From a virus (taxonomy: Duplodnaviria; Heunggongvirae; Uroviricota; Caudoviricetes): a stretch of 8,789 nucleotides of DNA. Both the position numbers and the translations under genes were made by a program. The stretch spans positions 1 through 8,789 of IMG/VR virus record IMGVR_UViG_2778261667_000002; one strand, written 5' to 3'. The notes beneath the pieces are model-generated. The model was not told where the DNA came from, made no database searches, and worked only from the letters and a program-made list of their open reading frames with translations. How positions within the stretch are numbered: position 1 is the stretch's first letter; each line of letters starts with the position of its first letter. Of the stretch, positions 4,852-8,789 are shown in pieces.

Positions 4852-6212
4852 GTCTGGTTAATTGGGAAGAGCACCGCGCCAAATTTATAGCGTTGCGTGA
4901 AGAAAAAGGGATCACCGTAAAGGAATACTGTGAGCAGCACGGCCTCAGCTTCAATACCGCCAGAAAGCATCTCAATATGAAAAAAAATGAGGTGCGGGCG
5001 CAGGTAAAGACAACAAGGAAAAGCGCCAAGTCATCTGAAAAAAAACGGGCAGGAAGAGCAAAAAAAAGGCTGGAAGAGGGAGGAGAAACAGCAAAATTTA
5101 CAGAAATTGACAATTCGTCAAACGGAAATTCTTTTCGGAGTATGCCGAGAAAGAAAGTTTCGGATCATGAAAAAAATGATAATAACAACAATGAGATAAA
5201 AGAATCAGTCAGGAGATCATTGCGCGAAAAAATGGCAAAAATGATCCCTGTTGAAGATAAAAGCGCCTCAAAAAATGAGGGATCTTCGGCAATGATCCCT
5301 GGTTGTGCCGTGCAGCGTGCTACGTTGCCCACGGCGAATGTTGCTCGCGACATGATGAAGAACGGCGCAGAAGAACATCTGCGGTTAGCAATTCAAATGG
5401 CGCAAGAACGCGCACTTCAGTACCAAAGTATTGTTGATCAGGAGGTCGAACGCCTGCAGGCGGAGATAGACGACCTGGGTGATCAGCAGCCAGAAGGAAT
5501 GCACCCTGGTCAGCGTCTTCTCGGTCTAATTAGTGACGCAGCCTACTACATGAATGATTTTATCAGTAGGTTGGCAGCGATATATCAGTCCGAACAAAAA
5601 CTGCGGCAGGGCGATGAAAAGCTTCGTCAAGGCGCTCGCCAGCAAGCATTTAGAGAGGCAGAAGCCAGAGAAAAACTAGAAATAGCACGCCTACAGGCCG
5701 AACAGCGTGGCAAAGAGATTGAATATCGCATTGGCGCTGACGCACGCGCCGCCAGAGTTATCGCCGCCGCTATACGTATGCGTGAGCGCGAGGAGCTGGA
5801 CGATATCGGCGTTGCTGAATATATCGAGCGTCAGGGGGTCAGTGTACCGGCTATCCTCGCGGCGCGCGCTACGAAAGCTATCACTCTTCTCGAACCACCA
5901 GTTTCTGACATCAATGATGTTGATGATGAACAGTTGGACAAAGAGGCAAGGGAGTTTGCATCGCTTCAGGCTAAGCATCCGCAATGGCTGGCAGAGCGCC
6001 GGGCGGATGTGGCAACCATTGTTGAAGACCTGGGGTGCGGAGATTACGACCACAATGGTGAGCGTAAGGCTGGGGAGTTCGAGGCCAATGACGAAGAGTT
6101 AGATATTGACCCTTCGGCTACGGCTGAAATTTACGGTGATTATGATGCATCAGACGCAGGGTATGACGCCGGAGATGATGATATCGCGATAGAACCGCCG
6201 GAGGACGATTAA
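4848..6212 (+). CDS. Putative terminase small subunit-like protein, atypically long (454 aa)
   Basis: N-terminal HTH-like ~45 aa (WEEHRAKFIALREEKGITVKEYCEQHGLSFNTARKHL), a Lys/Glu/Asn-rich low-complexity linker, heptad-like QA/ER-rich segment, polyacidic tail (DYDASDAGYDAGDDD...EPPEDD). Stop overlaps the TerL start (TAATG at 6210-6214). TerS assignment is positional and architectural only. Confidence 0.45.
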   Translation: MSLVNWEEHRAKFIALREEKGITVKEYCEQHGLSFNTARKHLNMKKNEVRAQVKTTRKSAKSSEKKRAGRAKKRLEEGGETAKFTEIDNSSNGNSFRSMPRKKVSDHEKNDNNNNEIKESVRRSLREKMAKMIPVEDKSASKNEGSSAMIPGCAVQRATLPTANVARDMMKNGAEEHLRLAIQMAQERALQYQSIVDQEVERLQAEIDDLGDQQPEGMHPGQRLLGLISDAAYYMNDFISRLAAIYQSEQKLRQGDEKLRQGARQQAFREAEAREKLEIARLQAEQRGKEIEYRIGADARAARVIAAAIRMREREELDDIGVAEYIERQGVSVPAILAARATKAITLLEPPVSDINDVDDEQLDKEAREFASLQAKHPQWLAERRADVATIVEDLGCGDYDHNGERKAGEFEANDEELDIDPSATAEIYGDYDASDAGYDAGDDDIAIEPPEDD

Positions 6213-7720
6213 TGGCTGGTGGGCGCAAGATTAAATGCGTCACCAGCGATCCACGCTGGCGCGATATGGTAATTAAATACCGTTACAACTTTACCCAGGC
6301 TGTTGTCGATATTTTTGGGATGTTCCCCTCCCACCAGCAGCAGCAGATCATTCAGTCAGTGCAGGAAACGGGGAGTAGGACGACCGTCACGTCCGGACAC
6401 GGAACGGGGAAGTCGTCCCTTACCGCGATGTTGCTGTTGATTTTTATGATCCTGTTCCCCGATGCCCGTGTCATCATTGTTGCTAACAAGATAGGCCAGG
6501 TAAAAACAGGCGTATTCAAATACGTTAAACAGTATTGGGCGAATGCAGTTAAGCGTCATGGGTGGTTACAGACCTATTTTGTCCTGTCTGACACCATGTT
6601 TTATGAACGCTCCAGAAAGGGGATCTGGGAAGTTCTCTGCAAAGGCTATCGACTTGGTAACGAAGAAGCACTGGCGGGGGAGCACGCGGCACATTTGCTT
6701 CTAATTCTGGATGAAGCATCAGGTATATCAGATAAAGCGATCGGCGTAATGACTGGCGCTCTAACTGAAGAAGATAACCGAATGTTGATGCTATCCCAGC
6801 CAACAAGGCCAAGTGGTTATTTCTACGATTCGCACCATTCTCAAGCAAAAACCCCAGACAACCCGAAAGGGATCTGGACAGCAATTGTTCTTAACTCAGA
6901 AGAATCACCGTTCGTCACACCACAATTCATCAGGCAGAAGCTTCTGGAATATGGCGGGCGCGATTCTATTGAGTACATGGTCAAGGTGCTTGGCCAGTTC
7001 CCTCGGGAGATTAACGGCTATTTGCTTGGTCGTGATGAATGCGATCGCGCTGCACGGCGCAAGGTGTTGTTGGAGAAAAACTGGGGATGGGTGGCAACTG
7101 CTGACGTTGGTAACGGGCGAGACAAGTCAGTTCTTAATATCTGTAAAGTGTCTGGCCACCGTGAAAAGCGGCGCGTTGTTAACTTTAAGATAATGGAAAT
7201 GCCAGGCACTATGGATCCGTTGGCTTTTGCTGACTTTATATATAACGAATGCACGCCGGACAAATACCCGAATATTACAATCGCGGTTGACGCTGATGGT
7301 TTTGGTTCAGATACCTGTGCGCAGTTGGTGCGCCGCGGTGCTAATCCGGTACGTATTCGGTGGGGTAAACCCATGTTTTCGAACAAAGACAAGGAGCGAT
7401 TTGTTAACCAGCGTGCCTACGCAAATATTATGGCTCGTGACGCCATAAAATCAGGCCGTATGCGTATAGACAGTGACCCTAAAACGGCAGAACAAGCGTC
7501 AAAAATACCTTTTTTACTGAATGAAGAAGGGAAGATGGCGATGATGCGCAAGGAGCATATGCGGCAAAAGCTAAATATCAAATCGCCTGACAGATGGGAT
7601 ACCTACTGCTTCACTATGCTGGTGGACTATGTGCCTGCCAATGAAGATATCGGTGCGGAAATGGCCACATTCCGTGACCAGGTTCTTGCAGACATAGAAA
7701 TGCCGGATCTGGATATATAA
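6212..7720 (+). CDS. terL: Terminase large subunit (ATPase plus nuclease), 502 aa
   Basis: P-loop-like TSGHGTGKS (nt about 6388-6417), Walker B LLLILDEASG, nuclease-type acidic motif ITIAVDADGFGSD; size and position after a TerS-like gene fit. Confidence 0.85.
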   Translation: MAGGRKIKCVTSDPRWRDMVIKYRYNFTQAVVDIFGMFPSHQQQQIIQSVQETGSRTTVTSGHGTGKSSLTAMLLLIFMILFPDARVIIVANKIGQVKTGVFKYVKQYWANAVKRHGWLQTYFVLSDTMFYERSRKGIWEVLCKGYRLGNEEALAGEHAAHLLLILDEASGISDKAIGVMTGALTEEDNRMLMLSQPTRPSGYFYDSHHSQAKTPDNPKGIWTAIVLNSEESPFVTPQFIRQKLLEYGGRDSIEYMVKVLGQFPREINGYLLGRDECDRAARRKVLLEKNWGWVATADVGNGRDKSVLNICKVSGHREKRRVVNFKIMEMPGTMDPLAFADFIYNECTPDKYPNITIAVDADGFGSDTCAQLVRRGANPVRIRWGKPMFSNKDKERFVNQRAYANIMARDAIKSGRMRIDSDPKTAEQASKIPFLLNEEGKMAMMRKEHMRQKLNIKSPDRWDTYCFTMLVDYVPANEDIGAEMATFRDQVLADIEMPDLDI

Positions 7721-7741
7721 AGCCCCGACAACGCGGGGCTT
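7720..7741. terminator. GC-rich hairpin between convergent genes (candidate bidirectional terminator)
   Basis: AAGCCCCG (7720-7727) pairs with CGGGGCTT (7734-7741), loop ACAACG. Overlaps the TerL stop (7718-7720) and sits 5 nt from the reverse gene stop (7746-7748). Flanks are only modestly T/A-rich. Confidence 0.45.
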
Positions 7742-7745
7742 GTGA

Positions 7746-8783
7746 TTACCAGAGTTTGGCGGCGCGCTGCGTTTGGGAGAAAGTGAACCCGTAACGCTCT
7801 TCTATGGTTTTGCCGTATCTTTTACGCGCATCTGTCAGTTTTATGCCAGTCAGGTCATCTCCGGACGTCATCATTACGTCTAATAACTCCAGATCCATTT
7901 TATTCAGCCTCGCCATTGCTTCGCGTGCAGCTTGTATTTTACGCTCAATGATATGACGAATAGCCGGATCTGCTTCCTCAAGCATTTTAGTCGATTTGTT
8001 CTTTAAGCTCTCATTGCGGATATCAATGTTTCTCAGGATGTATGACTTCGCAACATAGCTTGGTTGGTGTTTCTCCAGATCACGAACGCGATAGAGACTA
8101 AAATCACCAAGCAGGCCACAAGGTATCGACTCAACCCCAGAATAAATAGTAATACTGCGACGTTCGCCTACATTATTAACAACGGGTACTGTGGTATCCG
8201 GATGTTTTGCGAATACTAAGGCTCCATGTGCGCCGACCCTAAATCGTGACAGAGCATTGTTGCCTTCGATGTTTGTTGTAAGCACAACATCTGTGTATCC
8301 ATCTTTACGCGCCCGGTAAACCTCCCCTTCAGGTTCTGACGCAAAAAACCGGCGTTCTTCTTCAAGTGCGCCAACAATCTGTGAAAAAATCTTGTTTTTC
8401 AGGCTTTTCTTTATAATTGCGTCATATTTTTTGAGTAGATTTTCGCGCGTAAACGAGCGAGTAGTGGTCGCGCTCTGCACAACAATATGTGTACTTTGAT
8501 TCGTGTCCTCAATGATGAATGGGATCGGAGAATATACAGACTCAACAATGTTTGACGCTTTGCCGTCAGCATTACGGCACATGTCAACAAAGGCTTTCCA
8601 TTCTGTGAGGCATTTTTCAGCTTCTTCTAGTACATTCTGGTCATGTGTTAGTGCAACATGGCGGAATTCTTCGCCAGCATAACTGGTATCATGGAAAACA
8701 GAGTTTGCGACCACCAGCTCTTTCCACCGTTCAGCGGTTTGCAGGAACCGTTTGTACTCTTTCTCGATCGACTTCTTACTCAT
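7746..8783 (-). CDS. Hypothetical protein, 345 aa; convergent accessory gene of unknown function
   Basis: Long uninterrupted reverse-strand ORF, convergent with TerL, visibly more AT-rich than the packaging genes. No family motif recognised by eye. Its SD and promoter lie beyond the window end. Confidence 0.7.
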   Translation of the reverse strand: MSKKSIEKEYKRFLQTAERWKELVVANSVFHDTSYAGEEFRHVALTHDQNVLEEAEKCLTEWKAFVDMCRNADGKASNIVESVYSPIPFIIEDTNQSTHIVVQSATTTRSFTRENLLKKYDAIIKKSLKNKIFSQIVGALEEERRFFASEPEGEVYRARKDGYTDVVLTTNIEGNNALSRFRVGAHGALVFAKHPDTTVPVVNNVGERRSITIYSGVESIPCGLLGDFSLYRVRDLEKHQPSYVAKSYILRNIDIRNESLKNKSTKMLEEADPAIRHIIERKIQAAREAMARLNKMDLELLDVMMTSGDDLTGIKLTDARKRYGKTIEERYGFTFSQTQRAAKLW

Positions 8784-8789
8784 TATTCC

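Noticed and set aside
5691-6102. Internal ORFs 5707-6102 (+) and 5691-6053 (-), and the ORFs overlapping terL (6356-6559 -, 6549-6884 -, 6813-7193 +, 7018-7392 -, 7227-7448 +)
   Set aside because: All lie inside longer, better-supported genes (TerS-like, TerL) in other frames or on the other strand, with no independent SD or motif support.
1-8789. CRISPR array, rRNA, integrase/transposase or IS element
   Set aside because: No regularly spaced identical direct repeats with unique spacers, no rRNA-like sequence, and no recombinase-like ORF were found. The repeats present are inverted-repeat hairpins of varied sequence.

Overview
This window reads like part of a tailed-phage or prophage genome in an enterobacterial-type (about 50% GC) background. 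All calls come from manual reading of the sequence and ORF track; no database search or folding program was run. The left 2.1 kb is ORF-poor but dense in RNA-like structure: tRNA genes (Asn-GTT, Thr-TGT, Ser-TGA), a tRNA-like element, and several long hairpins. Three of these hairpins have covarying arms and, with a fourth partial copy, share a conserved ~25-nt motif on the 3' side. To the right lie a TerB-like gene translationally coupled to two tiny membrane-peptide ORFs, a CAT-anticodon tRNA (probably ileX-type tRNA-Ile2), and a coupled two-gene cassette of unknown function. The packaging operon follows: a winged-helix-like protein, an unusually long HTH-containing TerS-like protein, and a large terminase (TerL). 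A GC-rich hairpin separates TerL from a convergent, apparently lower-GC reverse-strand gene of unknown function, which is the best candidate for an undescribed accessory (moron/defence-type) system. No CRISPR array, rRNA, integrase or transposase was seen.
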